Assembly (NCBI GenBank): GCA_963693365.1
Contig: CAVNZM010000016.1
Location: 4,521,149 to 4,585,148 of the forward strand
Length of the DNA stretch: 64,000 nt
Direction of reading: 5' to 3'
Source: Amoebidium appalachense
Taxonomy: Eukaryota > Protista > Ichthyosporea
Shown: positions 1-9,132 of the stretch, piece by piece
Layout of the letters: each line of letters begins with the position of its first letter
How positions within the stretch are numbered: the stretch's first letter is position 1
The notes under the pieces: generated by a model
What the model was told of the DNA's origin: nothing
What the model saw: the letters and a program-made list of their open reading frames with translations, nothing else
The model's database searches: none
Made by a program: the position numbers and the translations under genes

Positions 1-87
1 AAGCAGCATCTACCCACATCCATAATTACCATCACTATGTCAATGGCACTTCATGTCCTCCTCTTGGTTTGAAACCGTACGATCAGC

Positions 88-1647
88 TTATGCCAAGTCC
101 AGCACTGGCCAACCCTCCTCGCCCGCCAATCCGTTCCACTTCTCCATGACCAGCTTGAACATGTCATAGTTGTTGGCGAGCCCCTCACAGTTGCTGAGAC
201 GCATTGTTGCAGCAGACTCGCGCACCAGACTCTTGAACGCACCCTCCATGGCCGCTGCCATTGCCTTGTCCTGCGCGGCCAGCGCAAACAACACCCCGTT
301 GAGCACGATTCGACGCATCTTTTCGCGGCGGTAGCGGCGCGCAATGCTCTGCCCCGTGCAGCCAAACATCAGGGTGGAGTCCAGGGCATCGACGAAATAG
401 AAGCACGGGCCGCCGCGCGCCTCGGCTGTGTGGCGGGCGTTGAGCTGGCGCGTCAGGTAGTAGCGCTCGTCCAGCCGCTTCGTCAGCGCGTTGGCCTCCT
501 TGGCCTGCTCGTGGAGGAGACGGGTGTGTGCCAGCAGCGTCTCGCGGCGCTCGCGCTCCTCGGCCACTGCCTTCTCGGTCTCGAGCTGGATGGTCGTCTG
601 CTTCTCGCGCTCGATTAGGACTTCAGGTGTGGTGTGCCGCGCAATCGTGACACGCTCAAACAGCCCCACAGCAGCCTCGAGCGTGACGGTGCCAGAGTTC
701 ACAAAGTACTCCAGCTGGGCTGGGGTGTAGGTGACAGGCGGTGCTGCGGGGACAGACGCAGCAGCGAAGGCCTGGGCGCTCGCGGGGTCGGCGGCGGCCA
801 ACGCACGGTTCTGCGCTATCTCGGACACCAGGCTGTCATCGCCTCCTAGGTAGCGCACGAACACGTCTGCGCACTTGTCGCGGAAGGCCGCAGCCTTTGC
901 ACCGGGAAGGGCGTTGATCAGCTTGACCACCTGCTTGGCAGTCAGGACCGCGGTCTCGCGTTGCCCCTGGCCCGGGAATTGGAAGTTGCTGAATTTTTCA
1001 GCAACTCCCCATGTCTGTGATCTCTGGTAGTTCCATGCATTTTGAGCAGATCGAAGTTCGGAACCCGTAATTGTGGCCACCACATCAATCGCACATGCAA
1101 GTGGAGGGTCTGTGGGGGTTGTGCGCACGCTGCGACCGGCAAACTCTCCGTGGGTGAAACTGAAAGTCATGTGTTTGACACGGGTGTCTCCTTCGAGGTG
1201 GCGCAACAACTCGGCCGCCGCCTCTGCACGAAAGGCGGTGGCTTTTGCACCGGGAAGGGCGTTGACCAGCTTGACCACCTGAGCAGCGGTCAGACCAACC
1301 GATTCGTTCCGACCGTCAAATTTCCAATGTCCGAGCGATTCGGATATTGCCCATGGCTGCTTCTGCTGGTATTCCCAGGCATTGAGTGCCGTCTTGCGGT
1401 CGCATGTGTTGACAGTCATGATGATGTCGCTTGCGCTGGCAAGGGGCGGGTCCGTGGGGCTTGTGCGCACGCTGCGGCCGGCGAACTCGCCGTTGGCAAA
1501 TGTGAACCGCTGCACGTCGAGGCGCGCGCGCTTGGCGGGCAAAGTGTCGCCTTCACGATCAGCGTTCCTCTGGGCGTGCATGCTCGTGGTGTAGGGGGGT
1601 GGAGACGGTGACATGAGGCACGACTGCTTTTTTGACGAGGGCATCAC
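88..1647 (-). CDS. Tandem Bro-N-like DNA-binding domain protein with coiled coil and degenerate C-terminal GIY-YIG/T5orf172-like region
   Basis: 519-aa ORF; the true start may be a downstream Met. Two internal ~105-aa repeats (F.F..GEFAGRSVRT.PTDPPLA...VVKL.NALPGAKA.AFR....L.GD). The FPGQGQRET...RYLGGD.SLV.EI motif is typical of viral Bro-like proteins. The C-terminal FYFV...FGCTGQSIARRY resembles GIY-YIG/T5orf172. Confidence 0.7.
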   Translation of the reverse strand: MMPSSKKQSCLMSPSPPPYTTSMHAQRNADREGDTLPAKRARLDVQRFTFANGEFAGRSVRTSPTDPPLASASDIIMTVNTCDRKTALNAWEYQQKQPWAISESLGHWKFDGRNESVGLTAAQVVKLVNALPGAKATAFRAEAAAELLRHLEGDTRVKHMTFSFTHGEFAGRSVRTTPTDPPLACAIDVVATITGSELRSAQNAWNYQRSQTWGVAEKFSNFQFPGQGQRETAVLTAKQVVKLINALPGAKAAAFRDKCADVFVRYLGGDDSLVSEIAQNRALAAADPASAQAFAAASVPAAPPVTYTPAQLEYFVNSGTVTLEAAVGLFERVTIARHTTPEVLIEREKQTTIQLETEKAVAEERERRETLLAHTRLLHEQAKEANALTKRLDERYYLTRQLNARHTAEARGGPCFYFVDALDSTLMFGCTGQSIARRYRREKMRRIVLNGVLFALAAQDKAMAAAMEGAFKSLVRESAATMRLSNCEGLANNYDMFKLVMEKWNGLAGEEGWPVLDLA

Positions 1648-2341
1648 TTAAGGGCGAGAAAATATCGTTTGGGCCCAACCTGCTCTGACCCCGTTTTGCC
1701 GTCCATCCTGCCTTTATACCCCCCTTCCCCAAGAAGCAGCGGAGCACGGTGGCCTGGGGGCCGGGGTCTCGCGTTGCCCCTGGCCCGGGAATGGCCGGGG
1801 GGGCTGGGGGGGCTGGGAGGGGCGCCTGTGGCACACAGACCCGTGAGCCCGCTGTGTCTCCCGCCCTTGCATGCCTCACATGCCTCCCGAGCCCCCACGC
1901 CCGCGCCAGTTGGGTCGGGCTTTCGGGCTCCGTGGTCCTGTGAGACCACTGTGCCTCGCCGGCCGTGCATGCCTGGCGCGCCCCTCCCAGCCACCCAGGC
2001 CCCGCTCCTAGGAAAAAGCAATCGGCGAACAGGGTCCATCCCCGGCACCTGTTCTCCAAGGATCCGGGAGACATGGTTGGGGATGCCATGGTGTTCTCTT
2101 GGGTTCCGGGAGACATGGTGGGGACCGGCGATGCTGTTCTCTAGCAAATCGCGGGCCAAACGTTCATGGTCACTGCCGTGTTCTCTCTGGTTTGTGGAGA
2201 AAACGTTGGACTGGGCAGGGGCCGGTGGGCAGGAGAACAGGGTGGTGAACGCGCAGGTGGATATGGGCCGGGTTGTTGCCGTGTGACGTAAAGGTCGATT
2301 TTGACAGTTTGTGGTACTTTATCTGTCGGTTCAACACCGTG

Positions 2342-3139
2342 ATGTCTCAACTCAGCGAAGGGGCTGTTGTGCGCTGCCTCCACCTGGTGCGCACGTTTTT
2401 GGATAACGATAAGAGCAGCTCTTTGTTCATGCAGGCATACACAACGCACCACCTAGTGTTATACATCAAGCACCTGATGGAAATGGAAACAAACGAAAAG
2501 GTCCCAGTCGAACACATTGAGAGGCTGATCTCCTGCCCCGATGAAATGTCCGAACACACGCGCTCATCGAAGAAACTGAAAAACGTCGTTATAGCAGTTC
2601 GCGAGCTGTTCCCCACACCGTGGGTTTGGAAGGGGATTGATCCAGGCACGTTTACGGTGGAGCTCGCTAGGGAGGTCCATCGCAAGGTCATGGACGGGCT
2701 GCTCGATAGCGCTGGACGGTATCGGGTGCGCTTTGCGCTTCCCGCAGGCTGCAGTCATCAGTACCTTGCACCGTTCAAGATCGAAGAGGCTCTCAAGCGT
2801 CTGTTCGAAAGGACACGCACCGAACTCCAAGGCTGCAATGGCGTTCTCGGTGCCATACAGGTCGCCGCCCGTTTCCTCGGGGAGTTCCTCTACATCCACC
2901 CGTTCAGCAACGGCAACGGGCGCGTCGCCCGCCTGTTGGTCAGCGTGCTGCTCTCGCCCTATATTGCCGTTCCCCTCTCGTTGTACACAGACCGCAGGTC
3001 CCGCGAGCGCTACCACTCGCTGCTGCTGGCCGCGCAGAGCCAGCCGCCGCCCCACGACTACTCCGAGCTGGCGGCCTTCGTGCTGGACTGCGCAAGGGCA
3101 AACCTGGTCTCGGTGTGCAACGCCCTGGATTTGGAGTGA
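2342..3139 (+). CDS. Fic-domain protein (putative AMP transferase)
   Basis: Canonical Fic motif HPFSNGNGRVAR, with upstream ELAREVHRKVM...AGRYR. First ATG is at 2342; the frame is open from ~2249, so the N-terminus is uncertain. Confidence 0.9.
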   Translation: MSQLSEGAVVRCLHLVRTFLDNDKSSSLFMQAYTTHHLVLYIKHLMEMETNEKVPVEHIERLISCPDEMSEHTRSSKKLKNVVIAVRELFPTPWVWKGIDPGTFTVELAREVHRKVMDGLLDSAGRYRVRFALPAGCSHQYLAPFKIEEALKRLFERTRTELQGCNGVLGAIQVAARFLGEFLYIHPFSNGNGRVARLLVSVLLSPYIAVPLSLYTDRRSRERYHSLLLAAQSQPPPHDYSELAAFVLDCARANLVSVCNALDLE

Positions 3140-3170
3140 AGCGTCAGCTCTTATCGCGCCCTACATCAAC

Positions 3171-4046
3171 ATGGACACACCCTCCCAAGCCAGGACACGT
3201 GTGCGGATCCTGCTGCCCGGGGGCGGCGTCAAGGGCTGCTTCCAAGTCGGGTTCATGCAGGGGATGCTCACGTCGGGGCTGTACGAGGTCGACAGGGTGT
3301 ACGGCACGTCCGTTGGCGCGCTGGTGGCGCCGTTCGTGGTTGCCGACCGCCTGGACGACCTGGCGCGCGAGCTGGGGAAGCTGACGTGCGTGGAGGACAT
3401 CGTGGAACCGTGGGGCGGCGCAATGGCGCTGCTTCCGAAAAGTTGGAGGACGGTTGTGGGGTCAATGCTGTACGGGGCGGCGTACAGCCGCTTCACCCTG
3501 CAGGAGCGTGCGGCGGCGCTTCTGGAGGGCATCGACGCGGACATCTACACGCGCTGCCACTGCGTTGCCTGGGACTTCCTCAACAAGAAGGAGCGGTGGT
3601 TCACAGGGCCCGAGTACCAGGTCGGCATGCGTGCGTCTTCGGCCCTTCCACTCGCGGTCCCCCCCGTCGAGTACGGCGGCACCGTGTTTCTGGACGGCGG
3701 GGTCTCTGAGCTGGTGCCCCTCACCAAGGCACTCGAGGACGCCGCAGATGGGTTCGACGGCATCTACGTCACGGTGCTGTGCGACTCGCTGGCGCACTGC
3801 CCCGCAGAATCCGTGCCAAAAACGGGCATGGAGCTCTGCTATGCTCTGCAGCGTGACTCGGGCACCGAGCTGGCGGCCACCGAGTTCGCCAACCTCCGCA
3901 CCCGCCTCGGAGACCGCCTCGTGGTGGTCGCTCCGGAGCGGAGGCTGTTCGCGTCGCCCATGGACGTCGACCCCGGGAAGGTCGCGCGGGCGCTTGCGGA
4001 TGGCCGCACGGCGTTTGCTGCCTGGGCCGCCGCGGCGCGTCAATAA
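3171..4046 (+). CDS. Patatin-like phospholipase
   Basis: Oxyanion motif LPGGGVKG, nucleophile GTSVG, ASSALP and catalytic DGG. ATG at 3171 (291 aa); AATAAA overlaps the stop codon. Confidence 0.92.
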   Translation: MDTPSQARTRVRILLPGGGVKGCFQVGFMQGMLTSGLYEVDRVYGTSVGALVAPFVVADRLDDLARELGKLTCVEDIVEPWGGAMALLPKSWRTVVGSMLYGAAYSRFTLQERAAALLEGIDADIYTRCHCVAWDFLNKKERWFTGPEYQVGMRASSALPLAVPPVEYGGTVFLDGGVSELVPLTKALEDAADGFDGIYVTVLCDSLAHCPAESVPKTGMELCYALQRDSGTELAATEFANLRTRLGDRLVVVAPERRLFASPMDVDPGKVARALADGRTAFAAWAAAARQ

Positions 4047-4184
4047 ACCCACCCCGAGTCGAGTCCGTATCGGTCGTCCTCGGTCACCCACCCGGGCCGG
4101 CTGGGGGCACACGTGCCTCGCGGGCCTCGCGGGCCCCCGCAGTGGGATCATTCTATCCAGTTGCAATATTTTCTGTCACTAGTA

Positions 4185-5237
4185 ATGAGAATGACCTGTG
4201 TCAACAGATTGTTTAAAATCGAATCCAAAGTCGGGCGCAAGCGATGTGAACATGGTAAACGGAGGCATCGATGCGGAGCGTGCTGTGGCAGGGGCGTCTG
4301 CGAACACGGTAAAGAGAGATATCGGTGCAAAAAATGTGGTGGAGTTGGTGTGTGCGAACACGGCAAGCTGAGGCAAGATTGTAGAGCATGTGGCGGACGG
4401 GGCGTTTGCGAACACGGCAAACGGAAATATCGGTGCAGGGCGTGTGGCGGACGGGGCGTTTGCGAACACGGCAAACGGAAATATCGGTGCAGGGCGTGTG
4501 GCGGACGGGGCGTTTGCGAACACGGCAAACGGAAATATTGGTGCGGGCCGTGTGGTGGACAGGGTATTTGCGAACACGGCAAGCTGAGGCATAGCTGCAG
4601 GCTCTGTGACACTAGCAAGTTTTGCGCAGCATGTACCCTGACATATGTGCGGAGGAAGGGGAACCTGTGCGCCACCTGTGACCCACAATCAACACACCGA
4701 GCCAGGTGGTCAGAGGCCCGCCCAGAAATCAAAGTCCTGCGGCACGTATCCGGGGCAATAGGTGCCCCCACCAGCCACGACAAAGTGGTACCAAACGATT
4801 GTGGGGAACGCACTCGACCGGATCTGTACTATGACTTTGGGACATTTGTGCTGGTCATCGAGGTGGACGAAGACCAACACCGTGCCTATGATACCACGTG
4901 CGAGATTGCGCGGATGTTCAACCAGGCCTCTGCGCACGAAGTGCCGACCATGTTCATCCGGTTCAACCCGCACGGATTCAAGATCAACGGCAAAACCCAG
5001 AGAACCGGCATGCAGCAGAGGCTCGACGCACTGACCGGAGCAATCCGACATCTACGGGACACGGACCACGCAGCGCTGTTCAAGGAGGGGAGAATACGAG
5101 TGGGGTATCTGTTCTACAACTGGCACGAGGCAACGAAAGACTTGGGTGTTTTGTACAGTAGGTTGGTGTCGATTGAGGACACGGACAGGCTATTAACCGC
5201 GTTTCAGGTCGGCACAAATTCCGGTGGAGCAGCGTAG
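4185..5237 (+). CDS. Zinc-finger-repeat (CEHGK..C..CGG) restriction-like PD-(D/E)xK endonuclease
   Basis: Seven 18-aa CEHGKxxxxCxxC repeats (54-bp DNA repeats, ~4245-4610), then RPDL...VIEVDEDQH...FIRFNP. This architecture is common in nucleocytoviruses. Confidence 0.8.
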   Translation: MRMTCVNRLFKIESKVGRKRCEHGKRRHRCGACCGRGVCEHGKERYRCKKCGGVGVCEHGKLRQDCRACGGRGVCEHGKRKYRCRACGGRGVCEHGKRKYRCRACGGRGVCEHGKRKYWCGPCGGQGICEHGKLRHSCRLCDTSKFCAACTLTYVRRKGNLCATCDPQSTHRARWSEARPEIKVLRHVSGAIGAPTSHDKVVPNDCGERTRPDLYYDFGTFVLVIEVDEDQHRAYDTTCEIARMFNQASAHEVPTMFIRFNPHGFKINGKTQRTGMQQRLDALTGAIRHLRDTDHAALFKEGRIRVGYLFYNWHEATKDLGVLYSRLVSIEDTDRLLTAFQVGTNSGGAA

Positions 5238-5447
5238 CTTGCCTGAAGTGTGTTATTTGAATAAATACGCTGGACCGAACTGCCCCTTCCTGGGGGCCGT
5301 GGGGGGCATGCGTCGCTCGCGTGCCCCGTGCCGCCTGCCCCGGCGCGCAGCCTTTATTTGTCGATGTGCTTGTAAGTATAATACAGAGTATCTGCTACTC
5401 CCATGCCAATGATTATTACACCCGGGCCGACTGGCTGGTGTAACCGC

Positions 5448-5671
5448 GTGGCTATTGTGGCTACTGTGTCCACTGATTCCCAATTCATCCCAAAACCTGA
5501 GATCTCCCTAGCAACAGCCAATCAAAAGCCGCCAAACACAAACCCCGCCACCGATTTAGTTCTCTAGCCACAGTAGCCACAAAGAGAAAAAGTAGCCACA
5601 GTAGCCACAAAGGACCCAATGGCGCAATTTGATTGGCTGTTGGATCTAGCCACGTTCTAGCCACTAGCCAC
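5448..5671. promoter_or_regulatory. Iteron-like dyad, candidate replication origin
   Basis: Two GTGGCTA (5448, 5457) face seven TAGCCAC (5565, 5574, 5593, 5602, 5647, 5658, 5665). A perfect 15-bp inverted repeat CAACAGCCAATCAAA lies at 5512-5526 / 5628-5642. The region ends 9 bp from the helicase stop codon. Confidence 0.5.
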
Positions 5672-5679
5672 ACAACAAG

Positions 5680-7176
5680 CTACACTCCGATAAGTTTGCG
5701 ATCGAGAGCATAGCAGCTCGTAGTGCCAGAGGCGGCGTCACAACCTTCAGCGCCGTAGGCTATTGTGTTAATGCGGGTGCTCTTAATCTTGCCGAGGATG
5801 GCCGTAACCGCCATCCCAAAGTCGCGCTGGGTGGGCCTCTTGGACTTGTCGGGGGTATTCTGTTCCCACCAGGTCTGGTAGAGATAGAAAAGGCCACTTG
5901 GGGTGATTCTGGCACCGTCCTCGAACACAGGCGCACCCTCAAATACGTTCTCCCGTTTCATCAGGTCACGCAGGAACTGCAGCTCCATCGGTCCGCTCAG
6001 GTCCTGTAGCTGCCGCTTCAAAGTGGTCATGGGAGGCGGGACCCTGTTGGGGTCGGACACTGGGATCCTCATGAACCACTGGTAGAGATGCTCAAGCGCA
6101 GGGGATCCAGCTGCATACTGCTGGGACAGGGCCCTGAAATACCTCTCATCGCCAACACGGCTGTCGGACACCTCCATGCACGCATAGCGCCTGTCCGTGC
6201 GACTGACCGGGATGGGATGCTGTTCGTTGGACATCAGGATCCAGCGCTCGCATGACCTGACCTTGACTGCATCAATTCCCTTGGCCTCGTAGGTCATGGT
6301 GTCGTCGGTAATAAGCGTCTTCAGGTGGTTGGGTGTACGATGACTCTTCCCGTATGTAACCTCATTGCACACAACCAACAGCTTGAACGTGATACCGCCA
6401 TTGAAGCGGCTTGCCAGCCTGTCCTCGGTCTCAACCACACCAACAAGATCGTCACCCAGGACATTCTGAATGATCCGGACAAACATGTTCTTGCCAGTTC
6501 CTTCGATGCTCCTCATCAGCCAGGCAGACTCGGGCTTGCGTGCGGGGTACTGGAACAGGTGCCCCAGCCACTCCAGCACGTAACGGTACAGAGACTCGTC
6601 TCCTGCACAGATGACCTCCCTTGCATGGCAAATAAAGCCCGCAAGAAGGCTCTCGTCTATGACAAAAGATGGGTCATACAGGAACTGGAATCCCTGGAAG
6701 CTGTTGAATGTGCGGCTGTGGGTAGACGTGTAGCGGGGGTTGCGGACACGGGTCTTGGGGTCCGGGTCACTGGGGTCGAAGACGATACCACCGTGGTACA
6801 CGACCATGTGGCTACTGTCCAGATGCCAGGAGCCCTTGTATGTTTCCACCTTTTTGCCTGTCGGGTTGTATTTGAACTTGTACTTGGACAGCATGTCGGC
6901 CACCTTCTCCTTGGACTTGATCTCATGGACGAATCTCCCATCCTTGAAACGCTTGAAGAGGTACACACCATCCGGGCGGGAATAAGCCACCAGTGTGCGA
7001 CAGAACGTGTGGATCTGCTCCTCTGTCCACTCGTATTGCTCGACGATGTCCGCGTCCAACCAGTTGTTGCGCGTGCCTGTTGTCCGCTCAAACTCTTCGT
7101 ATGTCGCCAGTTTGCGCTGCTCGTTCTCTGACATGTCCGTGGCTATCTTCATGTAGAGGTCTTCCATGACGTCCAT
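5680..7176 (-). CDS. Superfamily 3 (D5/DUF5906-like) replicative helicase
   Basis: 498 aa. Walker A SIEGTGKN, Walker B VVCNE, motif C ILMSNE, arginine-finger DRRY, preceded by FNSFQG and YVLEWLGHLFQYP. No primase domain recognisable at the N-terminus. Confidence 0.88.
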   Translation of the reverse strand: MDVMEDLYMKIATDMSENEQRKLATYEEFERTTGTRNNWLDADIVEQYEWTEEQIHTFCRTLVAYSRPDGVYLFKRFKDGRFVHEIKSKEKVADMLSKYKFKYNPTGKKVETYKGSWHLDSSHMVVYHGGIVFDPSDPDPKTRVRNPRYTSTHSRTFNSFQGFQFLYDPSFVIDESLLAGFICHAREVICAGDESLYRYVLEWLGHLFQYPARKPESAWLMRSIEGTGKNMFVRIIQNVLGDDLVGVVETEDRLASRFNGGITFKLLVVCNEVTYGKSHRTPNHLKTLITDDTMTYEAKGIDAVKVRSCERWILMSNEQHPIPVSRTDRRYACMEVSDSRVGDERYFRALSQQYAAGSPALEHLYQWFMRIPVSDPNRVPPPMTTLKRQLQDLSGPMELQFLRDLMKRENVFEGAPVFEDGARITPSGLFYLYQTWWEQNTPDKSKRPTQRDFGMAVTAILGKIKSTRINTIAYGAEGCDAASGTTSCYALDRKLIGV

Positions 7177-7227
7177 TGTAGTATGGTTAGATAATATCTG
7201 ACAGGTGTCGGGTCGTGCTCGCCGTAT

Positions 7228-7665
7228 TTATACCAGATCGGGTGCATTCGTCACCAGCTCGGGATGTGCTGCCCTCACATGGCAGTTTAGGGCATGAGAC
7301 CGACTGAATCTGCACTCGCATCCCACAGACAGGCACCGGAGGGTGTCCCGCACCGGCCGCGTGCGCGTCTTGTCCTCCTTGTGGACTAGGCGCCGGTGCC
7401 ACCATAACGCGGCGGGGTACGGGAAGTCGGCAGGGCACATGTCGCAGACATATGGCCGCTCGCCGGTATGCATTCGCACGTGCAGCTTCATGTAGTCGCC
7501 GCGGGTAAAGGATGCAAAGCAGCCATCATGGGGGCATGTGTACGGACGGGTCTCCGAGTGCGTTGTGGCACGGTGTCTTTTCATGTTGGCGTTGGTGGTG
7601 AACGTTTGGGCGCATTCGGGGCACGGAAAGACTCTCTTGGGCGGGGGCCTGCATGGTTGGTCCAT
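7228..7665 (-). CDS. C2H2 zinc-finger protein (4 fingers)
   Basis: CPEC..H....H, CPHDGC..H...H, TGERPY linker, CDMC..H....H, CLSVGC..H....H. ATG at 7665 (145 aa); intronless. Confidence 0.88.
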   Translation of the reverse strand: MDQPCRPPPKRVFPCPECAQTFTTNANMKRHRATTHSETRPYTCPHDGCFASFTRGDYMKLHVRMHTGERPYVCDMCPADFPYPAALWWHRRLVHKEDKTRTRPVRDTLRCLSVGCECRFSRSHALNCHVRAAHPELVTNAPDLV

Positions 7666-7721
7666 TGCTAAGGAATGGGGAGAAAATGAGTGCGGGTGTC
7701 GCTTAAGTACCCCCCCCCCCC

Positions 7722-7976
7722 CTACCACCTGTACACCAGCACGCCAGCGAGCAGCACGAGCAGCACGATGCATGCAAGCGCTATGCCCCTCCACATCGAA
7801 GCCCTCTTGAGCTGTGCATCATGGTCGTCCAATGAAGTGCCCATGTAGAGCATGAAGCGCGTGCTGTTGTCGATGGTCAGGTGGTACTCGTGCGGGTCGG
7901 CGGCAATGTCATCCCTGCGCACCCACGAGTTACTCGGGTTGTCAAATCTCAGGTTTGCAATGTTCGGAGAAGTCAT
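7722..7976 (-). CDS. Small protein with C-terminal transmembrane helix
   Basis: 84 aa from ATG 7976, ending GIALACIVLLVLLAGVLVYRW. Confidence 0.55.
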   Translation of the reverse strand: MTSPNIANLRFDNPSNSWVRRDDIAADPHEYHLTIDNSTRFMLYMGTSLDDHDAQLKRASMWRGIALACIVLLVLLAGVLVYRW

Positions 7977-8056
7977 ACCTTCCGAAGAGATAGTTTGGAG
8001 CGCCCCCTCCCCAGCAACTCGGGGAGCACACACAGAGATTATGCATCGCAGTGCTA

Positions 8057-8464
8057 ATGGAACCTAAAAACCGCTGGGACGTAGGGCGCGCCAAGACGGA
8101 GGACGCATTGCTCTTCGAGACCCTTGTCAAAGAACCGCCCCTGACCAAACCTCGGACCCTGCTCGAGTCCGCCTACCGTGCCGGAGTGTCACACGGCGCG
8201 CCCAGCACCATGGCGCCCGGCGGCGCAACCACCGAGGACCTGAGCACAGCACTTGAAGATTGGGGTGAGCGCTGGCTTGACTATTTTTTCAAAGAGGTCG
8301 GCCACGTGGTGGAGGCAGCAGGGCTGCCGCTGCGCGAGGGTGTCTTTGACAGATCCTACGGGCGCAACCGCAACCAGGAGTTCGAGGGGGTGGGTGCGGA
8401 CCTTGATGAGTGGAACGAGGGGACCCCCTGGAGCAACGCGGGCAACGTGGGGCATGCCTTATAG
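8057..8464 (+). CDS. Hypothetical protein
   Basis: 135-aa ORF with coding-like composition followed by an AT-rich 3' region; no recognisable motif. Confidence 0.5.
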   Translation: MEPKNRWDVGRAKTEDALLFETLVKEPPLTKPRTLLESAYRAGVSHGAPSTMAPGGATTEDLSTALEDWGERWLDYFFKEVGHVVEAAGLPLREGVFDRSYGRNRNQEFEGVGADLDEWNEGTPWSNAGNVGHAL

Positions 8465-9132
8465 CAAAAAATCTTAAACAGTTTCGGGGTGAATATATAA
8501 TGTAAATCCAACGATCCAAATAATGGTTTTGCAACTTCACATTGGGGTGAATATACAATGTAAATCCAACAACAGAAATAAAAATATCAATGTGCTTGGC
8601 GCTTTACTCGCACACTCTGTCGGAGCACCAGTCTCCGGTATTTTGGCATGAACTCGTCTGCATAGACGTACTTCCTTGCACGTCTGTGACCCCTCTTTTT
8701 GGACCGACCTCTTCGTTTTGACATGACGTTCACCCAAAAATTGTGGGCGACCTCTCCTAGTGAAACCACTTTCTCCGCTTACACCCTGCGGCACATTGGT
8801 TGCTGGTCCACGCGCCCTCCTCGAGCTCGAGATACACCTTGCGCCACCCGGGCTCCGCGCGCTTGATCTCGCACGCCACCACAATGTCTCCCGGTCGCAC
8901 ACCTGCGGTCCACATGCTTGTGCAACAGCGCACGCTCAGCACCTCACACTCCGATTCGGGCCCACGTACACACACACCGAAACACGCAAGCGCGCACTCG
9001 TGGTCATGCAGCGCCTCGAGAACTGGCACCTTGCGAATGAGTGTGCGCCGAAGCAGGCGGGGACTCTGGAGGGTATAAAAGCGTGTGTCTGACACGGGGA
9101 GCTGCCAGTCTGAATCTGCACCAGAACCGACC

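Noticed and set aside
1650-2286. Several overlapping GC-rich ORFs between the Bro-like and Fic genes
   Set aside because: Low-complexity Pro/Gly/Arg translations arising from GC-rich repeats; no motif.
2637-3170. N-terminal extension of the 469-aa patatin ORF in the track
   Set aside because: It overlaps the Fic gene in another frame; the patatin fold starts right after ATG 3171.
8486-8570. Two 27-bp direct repeats (GGGGTGAATATA(T/C)AATGTAAATCCAAC) separated by 31 bp, CRISPR-like in dimensions
   Set aside because: Only two units, no cas genes and a eukaryotic context; more simply a local duplication in an AT-rich 3' region.
8587-9060. Minus-strand fragments, one faintly PDZ-like (AGVRPGDIVV) and one very basic
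   Set aside because: No convincing start codon or splice model joins them; left uncalled.
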